Part shown: positions 19,674 to 29,194 of the stretch, in pieces | Numbering within the stretch: the stretch's first letter is position 1 | How the letters are laid out: every line of letters begins with the position of its first letter | DNA from: Thermodesulfobacteriota bacterium | GTDB lineage: Bacteria > Desulfobacterota_D > UBA1144 > Nemesobacterales > UBA2774 | Direction of reading: 5' to 3' | DNA: 64,000 nt | Assembly: GCA_963422265.1 (NCBI GenBank) | Contig: OY729416.1 | Span: 512,001-576,000 of the forward strand | Notes under the pieces: generated by a model | Told to the model about the DNA's origin: nothing | Seen by the model: the letters and a program-made list of their open reading frames with translations, nothing else | The model's database searches: none | Position numbers and translations under genes: made by a program

Positions 19674-20114
19674 ATGAATAGCGCAATGATTCAGGAAAAG
19701 GTGAATAATTTTATCGAGCATAGTAAGCGACTCGGTCTCAAGGTTACCCCACAAAGAATTGCAATTTATAGAGAGCTTGCAATTACTGATAAGCATCCAA
19801 GTACCGAAAATATTTATAAGAAGATCAAAGATTATTACCCTAACATATCTCTTACGACCGTTTACAGAACCCTCGAAACCTTCGAAAAGCTAGGTCTCGT
19901 TTCCATCGTGAACGTTTTATCTAGTGCTGCAAGATATGATGCTAACTTAGAGACCCATCATCACATCGTATGCTCCAAGTGTAAGAAAGTTGAGGACGTT
20001 TATGATGAATCGCTCAATAAGTTAAATATATCTGCAAAAACGCTTGGGGATTATAAAGTACATGGTTATTCTCTAATACTTAACGGTACCTGCCGAACCT
20101 GTAGGGACAGCTAA
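19674..20114 (+). CDS. Fur family transcriptional regulator, PerR-like
   Basis: TPQRIAI, HPS, ISLTTVYRTL, RYD, HHHIVCSKC..VED, CRTC. Confidence 0.9.
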   Translation: MNSAMIQEKVNNFIEHSKRLGLKVTPQRIAIYRELAITDKHPSTENIYKKIKDYYPNISLTTVYRTLETFEKLGLVSIVNVLSSAARYDANLETHHHIVCSKCKKVEDVYDESLNKLNISAKTLGDYKVHGYSLILNGTCRTCRDS

Positions 20115-20234
20115 AACTATATAAACTTTAATTATAATGAGGCTTCCTAAATCTTCCCTCCTGCGCGAGATCCTACTTATATTAGATGTGAGGTTTAAGG
20201 ATACAAAAATATTAAAGACATTAAGGAGATTTGT

Positions 20235-21545
20235 GTGGGTATCCCTGAAGGTTTGAAGGTCGCGCTTAATTTCGGCTTTATGGACTCCATTTTTACAAGG
20301 CGCTCAAGAAGGTTTGGTCTCGGTATGGAAATAACTGAGGGCACCCTAAAGCATAAGTCGGAATACCCTCCAGTGCCATTAACTGAGCTTGAAGAGGCGT
20401 TTTTGATTTGGTCAGGAACTGGAATGACGGGACTGTCATTAGGGGATTTGCCGCGCACTGGTATTTCGTGGCTATTTCAGTGGACTGGAAGGAGCTGGCC
20501 CTGCTCGTGTAATTCACATTCTACCGAGCTTTTTTACACAAACGATAACGGCGTATATGTGGTTAAGCTTCACGACTTGATGCCTGAACAGGAGGAGACG
20601 TCTATTTTCTCCGGAAAGACGGAAAAAGAGAAACTTGAGAAAGTGCTTGAGCTTTTCAAGAAGAGCTTAGTTAGGCTTGAGGAAGGAAGAGCCAAGCTAC
20701 CCAAAGGCGAACCCGGGCTATTTGATTTTAACGCTTGGAATTGTAACAAGCCAGGCACAACATTTTTTATCCCGGTAACAAACACGACAGTTGAGTATAT
20801 GGTTCTGTTATTCATATATTTCGGCGCTAAGTATGGCTTTAACGTGATAGATGAACTCAATGGAGGAAGATCATGTGGACTTGATAAGTGGATAAAAAGG
20901 GGATATATACGTAAAGAAGTCGAGTTATCGCTCTTTGATCTTGAATTGAGGGTGCTTACTACTCTAAACGTAGAACAGGCGTTTATTTGCCAGAATATGA
21001 ACCTTGCGCTTCAGAGCCTCGGACTCGGTGGTTGGGCTTTTACGGGGTTACTGCCTCATTACGCCTTGGGCTTGGACCCGAATTACAGAGGGCTTGGATT
21101 TAGATTTATGCGCCCTGAAAAAACGCTAAGGAGCGCGAAACCTCCCGTCCCTGTGGGAAGGGACGGTATTTTTGAAGCGCTGTGTCCTCCCTACGTAAGG
21201 GATATGCGTGAGGCGGTGGATAGATTTCTCCAGCAGAGAGGACGGTTTTGGGAAGAGGATAACCCTTATCCTTATAGACGTCCTAGCGATATATTAGCGG
21301 ATGAGTACCATCCCAGTGAGGTGAGGATTGAAATTGTTAAGGATTTCTGCACTTACGTCTATGAAAACTACGGTCGGTTCCCAGCCTTCCTAGACCCTAT
21401 GTTTACAAGGCTCGTTTTCCAAGCGCACCACTTAGACTTAGATTTCTATGATAAGTATTACAAAGATGGTGCTTACACCGATGTTCATAGAAAGCACTTT
21501 AAGCTCTGGCATCCAGAGATTGAGGACTTTTTTGAAACTAGATAA
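20235..21545 (+). CDS. Large nitroreductase-fold protein of unknown function, paralog 2
   Basis: RRSRRFGLGM, QWTGRSWP, PGLFDFN, LNVEQAFICQNM and YGRFPAF blocks shared with 1450..2817. Confidence 0.6.
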   Translation: MGIPEGLKVALNFGFMDSIFTRRSRRFGLGMEITEGTLKHKSEYPPVPLTELEEAFLIWSGTGMTGLSLGDLPRTGISWLFQWTGRSWPCSCNSHSTELFYTNDNGVYVVKLHDLMPEQEETSIFSGKTEKEKLEKVLELFKKSLVRLEEGRAKLPKGEPGLFDFNAWNCNKPGTTFFIPVTNTTVEYMVLLFIYFGAKYGFNVIDELNGGRSCGLDKWIKRGYIRKEVELSLFDLELRVLTTLNVEQAFICQNMNLALQSLGLGGWAFTGLLPHYALGLDPNYRGLGFRFMRPEKTLRSAKPPVPVGRDGIFEALCPPYVRDMREAVDRFLQQRGRFWEEDNPYPYRRPSDILADEYHPSEVRIEIVKDFCTYVYENYGRFPAFLDPMFTRLVFQAHHLDLDFYDKYYKDGAYTDVHRKHFKLWHPEIEDFFETR

Positions 21546-21606
21546 ACCTATTTCCCCAAATTGGTTGGAGAGAATTCTCAAAACTGCTCCCTTTTATAAA
21601 TACAAC

Positions 21607-22071
21607 TTATGGCTTACCGTTAAGTGCTAGGTTCTTATTTTTATAGTTCTCGTCATGCGTAATCTCATCCGCTAACCAAAGAGGTGGATTGAAGCTGACT
21701 GCATCTTCCTCACGTTCAAACTCAACTTCCGCTGTAACCAGACCCTCCAGCGCGCCTTGATATACATCAAGCTCAATCACCCTATCCTCATATTTGATTT
21801 CATAGCGCGTCTTCTCAATTCTTTTACCGTCAGTTAAATGCCAGAAGGCGTAAAACTGCTTTTGATTAAGCTCGGTCTCAATCTCATCTCTTGCAAGTCC
21901 GATGCCCATTTTCACTGCTTGATAATACCTGCTTCCTTTTTGACGAAGTCTTACCTCTAATGCCTCAGTAACAACGATATAGCCTTGTAGTATTTGATAG
22001 CTAGAATAGCGATGCAAGGTGCGCAGTGGAGGGAACTTGACTAAATACTTTCTTTCAATCTCACTTGCCAT
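21607..22071 (-). CDS. CYTH domain protein (triphosphate tunnel metalloenzyme)
   Basis: EIERKYLV (ExExK), QGY, VRLR, RIEKTRY, ELDVY, AEVEF, YKNKNLA. Confidence 0.92.
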   Translation of the reverse strand: MASEIERKYLVKFPPLRTLHRYSSYQILQGYIVVTEALEVRLRQKGSRYYQAVKMGIGLARDEIETELNQKQFYAFWHLTDGKRIEKTRYEIKYEDRVIELDVYQGALEGLVTAEVEFEREEDAVSFNPPLWLADEITHDENYKNKNLALNGKP

Positions 22072-22083
22072 GGATGTAACTAA

Positions 22084-22821
22084 TTATAAGTTTTTTATTT
22101 CATTCCATAGAGCTGTATAGGCTTGGGCGCTTTCAGAGCCGGGTTCAAACTCATTTACTGGCATTCTATATATTCCCATTTTTTCTATGCTGGACCTGTA
22201 TGGTATATGAGTTTCTAAGATGTTTTTCCCCTTATATGACATCTCTTTAATTATATTCTGGTGTAGCCCCTTTCTTTTCTCAACCATAGAGAAAAATATG
22301 TAAAGCTTGGAGAGGTCTATGCCCTTCTTCTCCATGAACTCAACTAGCTTGTTGTAGGTAAGTGCTGAAAGCGTAGTCGGTATAAGAGGGACGATTATCG
22401 CGTCCGAAGCTTCGAACACGTTTTCCGAGAGGAGTGATATGCCCGGAGGGCAGTCTAAAAACATGTAATCATACTCATCTTTTATTGCCTTAAATATCTT
22501 TCTTAGTCTAGTTTTGGAGTTTCTCAATGAGTCAAGGGATAGGTCCATATTGCGAAAGGAAAGCTTGGATGGAAGGAGGTCTAACTTAGCGTAATCAGTC
22601 CCCTTTATATTTTTACTAATACTCCCCCCACCCTTTACAAACTTACTTGAGCTAAATTCCTTTGAAGCCCTGATACGAAAGTAGTAGCTTGAAGCCCCTT
22701 GTGGATCCAGATCACAAATTATAGTGCGAAATTCATCTCTTGCGGCTAGGAAAGCCAGATTTACGGAAGCCGCTGTTTTTCCTACGCCCCCCTTCATACT
22801 ATAAAGCGCAAATGTTTTCAT
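22084..22821 (-). CDS. ParA/MinD family ATPase
   Basis: Deviant Walker A KGGVGKT, DLDPQG and Walker B FLDCPPG. No parB in the window. Confidence 0.92.
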   Translation of the reverse strand: MKTFALYSMKGGVGKTAASVNLAFLAARDEFRTIICDLDPQGASSYYFRIRASKEFSSSKFVKGGGSISKNIKGTDYAKLDLLPSKLSFRNMDLSLDSLRNSKTRLRKIFKAIKDEYDYMFLDCPPGISLLSENVFEASDAIIVPLIPTTLSALTYNKLVEFMEKKGIDLSKLYIFFSMVEKRKGLHQNIIKEMSYKGKNILETHIPYRSSIEKMGIYRMPVNEFEPGSESAQAYTALWNEIKNL

Positions 22822-22823
22822 AA

Positions 22824-24413
22824 TTAAGCCAAAACTTCGTCGTTGGAGAAAAGCTTCTTGAAAAGCGCCTTGTTTTCATTGATGCTGAACTGCTCAAATC
22901 TGTTTGAGAATAGAGACCTAGCTTGTTTTTGCTTGCGGTGTAAAATGGATATTAAGCCCCCTGCGGCTATCGCACAGTTTCTGTCGTATTCATCTTTTCC
23001 CGAGTCAAATTCCTGTATAAAACTCTTCAGGCTTTGCTGTTGAACGTAGAGATCGTTAAAGTCGCCTAGATTGTCCTGAAGTCTTTTCATTTGTTTAATA
23101 ATTTGCTCCATTTCTTTGTCTGGAAATAGACAGGCGAAGAATTCAAGACAATACCTCAGTTTCTTGCATTCAATACGGAGCTTGTGAAGAACGGGATCTG
23201 GGCTCTCATCATCTATTTGCCTGCCGGTCTTAATGACCTTTTTATACCTTTTCCAAATAGTTTTCTTTGCTAACTCTATAATTGGAGTATTGAGATTAAA
23301 CGTTGACTTGTCACCTCTTATCGGCTGTTCTTTCAGAAAGTTATCCAATGTATCAAGAGCGCTTTTATACGAGTAACCCGCAAGAGATTTTACAAACCCT
23401 TTATGCGCTTCCTTTCTCTTTTTACAAAGTATTTCATCAAATAGATAATTTAAACCTAAGCGCATGTCTTCAGGAATTATATTCAAATACTCTTGTCTCT
23501 TAAGTAGATATACGTCAAGGTCGCGTAAAAGGTTGGTCATTTTGCCAAGCCTCGCAAAATCCATTTTAAGTTGGCTGGTTACGTCTTCAGGGAAAACCCC
23601 CTTTATCAGCGTAAGAAGGGAACGCGCTCGCCTAACCGCTACCCTGAAATCATGTAAGAACTCTGTGTCAATATCCTCTTTCATGCCATACTCATTAAGC
23701 TTCATTGTCTGAAGAAGGTTTGAAAGTATGTTCTTGAAGGCTCGGGAGGCGGGCATTTGTGAAGCTAAGGCAAAGTTTAACTTAGATGAGTAATTAGAAG
23801 GCTCTTTACCAATGGATTCAAGCGCCATACCGAAAACATCTCCGCCGCATTCTTTAAGCATGGACCGCTCTATATTACTCTTTATCCTATTAAACTCCCT
23901 ATCATAACCCCTTACCGGTGCTAAACTCAACATGTTTATCAACAACTTTTTCTTGCCATTATCAGAAAGACTGATGTTCTGAATACTTAAAAAAGCGACA
24001 GTCTTTTCATCTTTATTCAGAACCCTCGTTTTTGTTATATGTCTTCTAATATCTACTACTGGTAACAAAGCCCTTACATCTATACAAGATTTTAGCTCTT
24101 TTCCCAAAGGACAGTCAGGCAGATCCCACCAGAACCTCAGACTAACCTTTGATCTATCTATAACTTGAGTCATAGATTGAGCTAAGTTAAGTTTGCTTAG
24201 GTGGTAAGACTTACTTTCTTTTGATAGAGTAAGTCCTTTTTTGTATAGCCTGAAGTCAAAGGTGTCTAAGTAGTTTTGGATTTTCACATAAGCTGTTTCC
24301 GTGTTGATGAGGTATCCAGAGGCTATCTGACTAAGAAATTCTTTATCTGTCTGAGATTGTGAAGTTACAAAATACTTTATACGATTATGGTTCAAGTCTC
24401 TGGCTCCTACCAT
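22824..24413 (-). CDS. CHAD domain protein with N-terminal CYTH-like region
   Basis: EFLHDFRVAVRRARS, RDLDV, LHKLRIECKKLRY, LQDNLGDFND. N-terminal YLDTFDFRL. Confidence 0.9.
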   Translation of the reverse strand: MVGARDLNHNRIKYFVTSQSQTDKEFLSQIASGYLINTETAYVKIQNYLDTFDFRLYKKGLTLSKESKSYHLSKLNLAQSMTQVIDRSKVSLRFWWDLPDCPLGKELKSCIDVRALLPVVDIRRHITKTRVLNKDEKTVAFLSIQNISLSDNGKKKLLINMLSLAPVRGYDREFNRIKSNIERSMLKECGGDVFGMALESIGKEPSNYSSKLNFALASQMPASRAFKNILSNLLQTMKLNEYGMKEDIDTEFLHDFRVAVRRARSLLTLIKGVFPEDVTSQLKMDFARLGKMTNLLRDLDVYLLKRQEYLNIIPEDMRLGLNYLFDEILCKKRKEAHKGFVKSLAGYSYKSALDTLDNFLKEQPIRGDKSTFNLNTPIIELAKKTIWKRYKKVIKTGRQIDDESPDPVLHKLRIECKKLRYCLEFFACLFPDKEMEQIIKQMKRLQDNLGDFNDLYVQQQSLKSFIQEFDSGKDEYDRNCAIAAGGLISILHRKQKQARSLFSNRFEQFSINENKALFKKLFSNDEVLA

Positions 24414-24474
24414 TTATCATAAGCATAACTGGCAACATAATAACTCAAAAACCTATAAGGGATTCTCTTTAAGC

Positions 24475-25503
24475 TTAAGCTATTTTTAATACTTTAGCGC
24501 CTTTTATCTTACCTTCTTTCAATTCAATCAAAGCTTTATTGGCTTCTTCCAGCTTGTAGGTCTGAACATCGGGCTTAATCGGCATGCTAGAAGCAAGTTT
24601 CAAGAATTCAGCTACGTCCCTCCTACTAACGTTGGCGACGCTCTTTATTTCTTTTTCCATCCACAAATGCTCCGCGTAATTTAGGTTTAATAAGTATTTC
24701 TTGTCAGACTCCTCTTTCCTTATAGCGTTAATAACGAGCCTTCCACCACTCTTTAAGTTTCTTAACGCTTCGACTACAGATTTCCATACGGGTGTGGTAT
24801 CGATAATTAAGTCAAGTTTTTCAGGACATGTATCTTCACTGTCTCCTGTCCAGACCGCTCCCAATTCCCGAGCAAACTCTCTTTCACTAGTGTTTCTAGC
24901 AAATACATATACCTTAGAGCTAGGAAATGTATGTTTTACCATCATCAAGACTAAATGCCCGGAAGCTCCAAAGCCAGTCAGACCTAGACTCATGCCACCC
25001 TGAATACCTGTTAGCCGTAAAGACCTGTATCCAATTGCTCCCGCGCACAAAAGAGGCGCAGCCTCTTCGTCCGTAAATACTTGGGGTATTCTATATACAA
25101 AATTGTGAGGTGCCGTCATGTATTCGGCGTAACCGCCGTCTGTGTCCCTTCCAGTGGCTCTGAAGTCAATGCATAGATTATCTTTATCCTCTAGGCAGTA
25201 ATTGCACTCTCCACAAGAGGAATAAATCCAGGCTACCCCTACTCTATCACCTAATCTAAACTTATTCGTTTCAGCCCCCATACCTTCGACGATGCCTACC
25301 GCTTGGTGACCGATTATTATAGGTAAACTCACTGGGGGAGATCTTCCCTCTATTTCATCCAGTTCCGTATGGCACACCCCGCAGGCTCTAACCTTTATTA
25401 GTACTTCCCTTTCTTGGGGTTTTGGCACTGCTATGTTTTCTAATTTGAGCGGTGTTTTATGCTTCTCTAAATTGACTGTTTCCTTTAATACCATTGCGCG
25501 CAT
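24475..25503 (-). CDS. Zinc-dependent alcohol dehydrogenase family protein
   Basis: CGVCHTE, GHQAVG, GDRVGVAW, CGECNYC...NLC, APLLCAG. Confidence 0.92.
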   Translation of the reverse strand: MRAMVLKETVNLEKHKTPLKLENIAVPKPQEREVLIKVRACGVCHTELDEIEGRSPPVSLPIIIGHQAVGIVEGMGAETNKFRLGDRVGVAWIYSSCGECNYCLEDKDNLCIDFRATGRDTDGGYAEYMTAPHNFVYRIPQVFTDEEAAPLLCAGAIGYRSLRLTGIQGGMSLGLTGFGASGHLVLMMVKHTFPSSKVYVFARNTSEREFARELGAVWTGDSEDTCPEKLDLIIDTTPVWKSVVEALRNLKSGGRLVINAIRKEESDKKYLLNLNYAEHLWMEKEIKSVANVSRRDVAEFLKLASSMPIKPDVQTYKLEEANKALIELKEGKIKGAKVLKIA

Positions 25504-25648
25504 GGACTACTCCTCTGATCTTTCATGGCTGGCCAATTTGAATAAAGTTATATTGATTAGAAAATAGGATAATGAACAATTAGACATCTTTATAGAGTAA
25601 AATAGTAATGATTAAATAGAACCTGACTTATAAATAAGTGAGATAGTT

Positions 25649-26647
25649 GTGATTCAGGGACCTAAAAGCAAGCTTACGCTATCGATTCTGCTGATTCTCT
25701 CAATAAATGCCTTCGGCGTAGTCGGTTATATGATTATAGAAGGCTGGAGTTTCAGTGACTCTCTCTTTATGACCTTAATTACGCTGACTACCGTAGGTTA
25801 TGAAGAAGTAAATGAACTTACTCGTTCTGGCGAAATTTTTACAATGATCTTGCTTATAGTAGGGGTGGGCATCATTTTTTATTTGCTGGGCAGTCAAGCA
25901 AAGCTCTTATTGGAAGGGCAACTTCAAGATATAATAGGGAGGAGCAGATTGCAGAAAAAGATAAGAAATCTAAAGAAACATTACATTGTATGTGGTTTTG
26001 GGAGAATGGGTAAAACGGTTGCGAACGAACTCAAAGCTAAGGGCGTTGACGTGCTTGTTATAGAAAAAGAGCCCGTGCCAACTATTGATAAGGGAGACTT
26101 TATCTTTCTAGAAGGTGATGCTAATGATGAAGATTTATTAGAAACGGCGGGAGTTGAAAGGGCAAAAGCTATTATATCGGTTTTACCTACCGATGCTAAA
26201 AATCTATTCTTGGTATTAAGCGCGCGTGAGCTTAACCCTGATATTTTTATTGTTGCAAGAGCGAACCAACAAAACTCGGAGCGTAAGATGCGAAGAGCCG
26301 GAGCTAACAGGGTTGTCTCTCCTTATCACGCTGGGGCGGTAAGAATAGTAAACAGCATTCTACGGCCAGCCGTTATGGACTTTCTTGAGTTTGCGCATAG
26401 TGAAAGCTTAGGGATTGAGCTTAAAGAGATAATAGTTCTTACAGGATCGAAGCTCATAGATAGCACTCTACAGGCTGCTGCTATCGACAAGAAGCTTGGA
26501 ATAATAATACTTGCCATACAAAAACCCGACGGCGCTATGGTTTTTAATCCCACTTCGCAAAGTAAAATGCAAAACGAGGATAAACTCATAGCAATTGGTA
26601 GGTCGGCTAAATTAAACGAGCTTGAATCTATCGCTTCAGGAGCCTGA
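25649..26647 (+). CDS. Two-TM potassium channel with RCK (TrkA-N/TrkA-C) domains
   Basis: Selectivity filter TLTTVGY, HYIVCGFGRMG Rossmann motif, C-terminal TrkA-C domain. Confidence 0.9.
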   Translation: MIQGPKSKLTLSILLILSINAFGVVGYMIIEGWSFSDSLFMTLITLTTVGYEEVNELTRSGEIFTMILLIVGVGIIFYLLGSQAKLLLEGQLQDIIGRSRLQKKIRNLKKHYIVCGFGRMGKTVANELKAKGVDVLVIEKEPVPTIDKGDFIFLEGDANDEDLLETAGVERAKAIISVLPTDAKNLFLVLSARELNPDIFIVARANQQNSERKMRRAGANRVVSPYHAGAVRIVNSILRPAVMDFLEFAHSESLGIELKEIIVLTGSKLIDSTLQAAAIDKKLGIIILAIQKPDGAMVFNPTSQSKMQNEDKLIAIGRSAKLNELESIASGA

Positions 26648-26700
26648 ATGAGCGTTTGAAAAGTCATTTTTAGGTGATTAGAAATTGCGAGTTCTAAAGT

Positions 26701-27954
26701 TTAACCAAAAATCCTTTTCGCTTTCTTCATAGCCTCAATGGCGAGGTCTATGTCATTTTTGGTATTGTAGAGATAAAAGCTTATTCTTGCTGCATAGTCT
26801 ATACCAAGTCTTTTCATAAGAGGTTGAGCACAGTGATGCCCTGAACGGATAGCTATTCCGGACTCGTCCAAAACCCCCGCAACGTCGTGAGGATGAACGC
26901 CTTCAACGTTAAAGGAAATCACTCCCACCCTGTCTCCTTTATTATGAGGTCCGTATATTTTCAGCCATGGATATTGAGTCATTTTCTCAAGGGCATAAGA
27001 AAGAAGCTCTTCTTCATAATTATATATCTCTTCAATGCCGACGCGTTCTATATAATCAACTGCTGCCCCAAGACCTATACCCCCAGCGACGTTGGGGGTG
27101 CCAGCTTCGAACTTCCAAGGAAGCTCGTTCCAAGTGGATTTGTCCATATCTACTCTTTCAATCATATCTCCACCGTATTGAAATGGTTCAACAACGTTAG
27201 ATAAGAGTTCCTCTCGGCCATAAAGAAAACCTATGCCAGTAGGACCGAGCATCTTGTGCCCCGAAGCAGCCATAAAATCGCAGCCTATCTCCTGCACGTC
27301 TATTGGCATATGTGGAACCGATTGGGCAGAGTCTATTAATACTAGCGCCCCTACTCTTTTAGCTTCCTCAATTATAAGTTTAATCGGATTAATAACACCA
27401 AAGACATTAGAAGTCTGTAGAACGCTTACAAGTTTTGTCCTTTCTGTCAACAACTTAGGGAGCTCATCAAGCCTTAAATTGCCTTCTTCGTCAACATCTA
27501 GGTATTTAACAACGATACCTTTTACGTCTCTTAACATCTGCCATGGAACAATATTTGAATGATGTTCCATAATAGTGATAAGCACCTCATCTCCTGCGTT
27601 TAAGTTGTGAAGTCCCCAGCCGTAAGCGATAAGGTTAATTGACTCGGTAGCGTTTCTGGTAAAGATAATATTTCTCCAGTTACCGGAGCCAATGAATCCT
27701 GCAATTTTTTTATGTGCATCCTCATACATTAGCGTTGACTCATAGCTTAAAGTGTGAACGCCTCTATGTATGTTGGAATTATGCTTAGCATAGTATGTAG
27801 ATAGAGATTCAATTACGGAAGTAGGTTTTTGTGTTGTGGCGGCGTTGTCCAGATAGACAAGAGGCTTACCATTTATCCTCCTGCTAAACACAGGAAAATC
27901 TTCTTTTATTCTCTCGGGATTTAGGCTCTTAACGGGGTTTAATTTGTTTTTCAT
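26701..27954 (-). CDS. sufS: Cysteine desulfurase, SufS group
   Basis: YLDNAATTQKP, NIHRG, MEHHSN, SGHKMLGPTG, RSGHHCAQP. Confidence 0.95.
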   Translation of the reverse strand: MKNKLNPVKSLNPERIKEDFPVFSRRINGKPLVYLDNAATTQKPTSVIESLSTYYAKHNSNIHRGVHTLSYESTLMYEDAHKKIAGFIGSGNWRNIIFTRNATESINLIAYGWGLHNLNAGDEVLITIMEHHSNIVPWQMLRDVKGIVVKYLDVDEEGNLRLDELPKLLTERTKLVSVLQTSNVFGVINPIKLIIEEAKRVGALVLIDSAQSVPHMPIDVQEIGCDFMAASGHKMLGPTGIGFLYGREELLSNVVEPFQYGGDMIERVDMDKSTWNELPWKFEAGTPNVAGGIGLGAAVDYIERVGIEEIYNYEEELLSYALEKMTQYPWLKIYGPHNKGDRVGVISFNVEGVHPHDVAGVLDESGIAIRSGHHCAQPLMKRLGIDYAARISFYLYNTKNDIDLAIEAMKKAKRIFG

Positions 27955-27985
27955 AGCAACTTAAAAAGCTTCAGATAGTCAACTA

Positions 27986-28372
27986 TTATCCTAAGTTGGC
28001 GCCTTTGCCTTTGGTGAGAAGGGCTTTTTTTAGCACAGTAAATCCCAAAAGAGCGCACTTGAACCTAATTGGTGAAACTTTGCCTCCCAGCGCTTTGAGC
28101 GCGTCGTCGTCTGTAAGAGATATAATTTCTTCAACCTTCTTGCCTATGACCTGCTCAGTCAGAATAGAAACTGATGCTTGACTAATAGCGCACCCACTGC
28201 CTGAGAATTTTATTTCCTTTATCATATTATCCGCGATTGTTAAGTCTATTCTTACTAAATCGCCACAGGATGGAATCCCTTCTTCATACGACGCGTCAGG
28301 CTCATCCAAGATTCCGTAATTTCGTGGGTTTTTATAGTGGTCAAGTATGAATTCTATATCTTCTGATTCCAT
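27986..28372 (-). CDS. sufU: SufU/IscU-type Fe-S scaffold or sulfur-transfer protein
   Basis: ILDHYKNPRN, PSCGD, GSGCAISQAS, RFKCALL. Directly upstream of sufS. Confidence 0.85.
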   Translation of the reverse strand: MESEDIEFILDHYKNPRNYGILDEPDASYEEGIPSCGDLVRIDLTIADNMIKEIKFSGSGCAISQASVSILTEQVIGKKVEEIISLTDDDALKALGGKVSPIRFKCALLGFTVLKKALLTKGKGANLG

Positions 28373-28455
28373 TTTAATAGAGATTTTCCATCATGCTAAA
28401 TGTAAGATTCCAACTATTTGCCATATTTAACTTGGCTTTTTGAGGGTATGAGGTT

Positions 28456-29046
28456 TTATGAGTGGACCACTGTCACCTTACAGCCATTTTCTCTTAACAC
28501 TTTTTCTATCCTGCCCAGGTCACTATCTACCACCCAAAAATAGCATACGCTCCTGTCAAGCGGAGCAGAACTAAACGACAACACCTTATCTGAATTTGCC
28601 TCTACTAAATGCAAAACGTCAAACAAGCCTAGCCCTGGCGATGTTTTAACCTCGAGCTTAATTGGTTTTTCGTTAAAACTGAACTTATCGCGCAAGGCGT
28701 CTAATATGTCGCTTACGCTTACTATACCTACCAAATCCCCCTCTTTAGTTACGACTGGAAGGATATTGATATCTACCTTCCTAATAATGTCAGCTGCGTT
28801 TTCTATTGATGCTTCCTCCAAAATGGTTACAGGGTCGTCTAGCATCACTTTGTCAGCGCTAACCGGTCCCATACTTCCTAAGGCTCTGCTCAACCCTTTT
28901 TCCGTAACTATTCCGATTAGCTTTCTATTCTCGACCACTGGTAGCTGACTATAACCAAGCCCTTTCATTTTATTAATTATCTCTGATGCTCTATCTCCGG
29001 GTGATACCGTCGTCGGGTTCGTTGTCATATAGTCTTTGACAAGCAC
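28456..29046 (-). CDS. CBS-pair domain protein with C-terminal ACT-like region (AcuB-like)
   Basis: VKDYMTTNP, LPVVE..LIGIVT, LPVV...LVGIVSVSD. Confidence 0.8.
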   Translation of the reverse strand: MLVKDYMTTNPTTVSPGDRASEIINKMKGLGYSQLPVVENRKLIGIVTEKGLSRALGSMGPVSADKVMLDDPVTILEEASIENAADIIRKVDINILPVVTKEGDLVGIVSVSDILDALRDKFSFNEKPIKLEVKTSPGLGLFDVLHLVEANSDKVLSFSSAPLDRSVCYFWVVDSDLGRIEKVLRENGCKVTVVHS

Positions 29047-29194
29047 TGATTCTCCTCCTGCGCTGTTATAATTAGTCTGCGCTCATTGTCCGTCAGCAAA
29101 GCTTCTACTAATTTCTGATATGATGTGTGTATGATACCATTAGACTATATTCTTGACAATTTTATAGATCATCGGTTTTCTTTAGAATAAGGAC

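Noticed and set aside
20121-20140. PerR/Fur box upstream of nitroreductase-like paralog 2
   Set aside because: Only a half-site (ATTATAA) matches, and it is equally explained as a -10 element.
22084-22821. Chromosome or plasmid partition locus
   Set aside because: No parB, parS-like site or replication gene is nearby; the gene is embedded between CHAD and CYTH genes.
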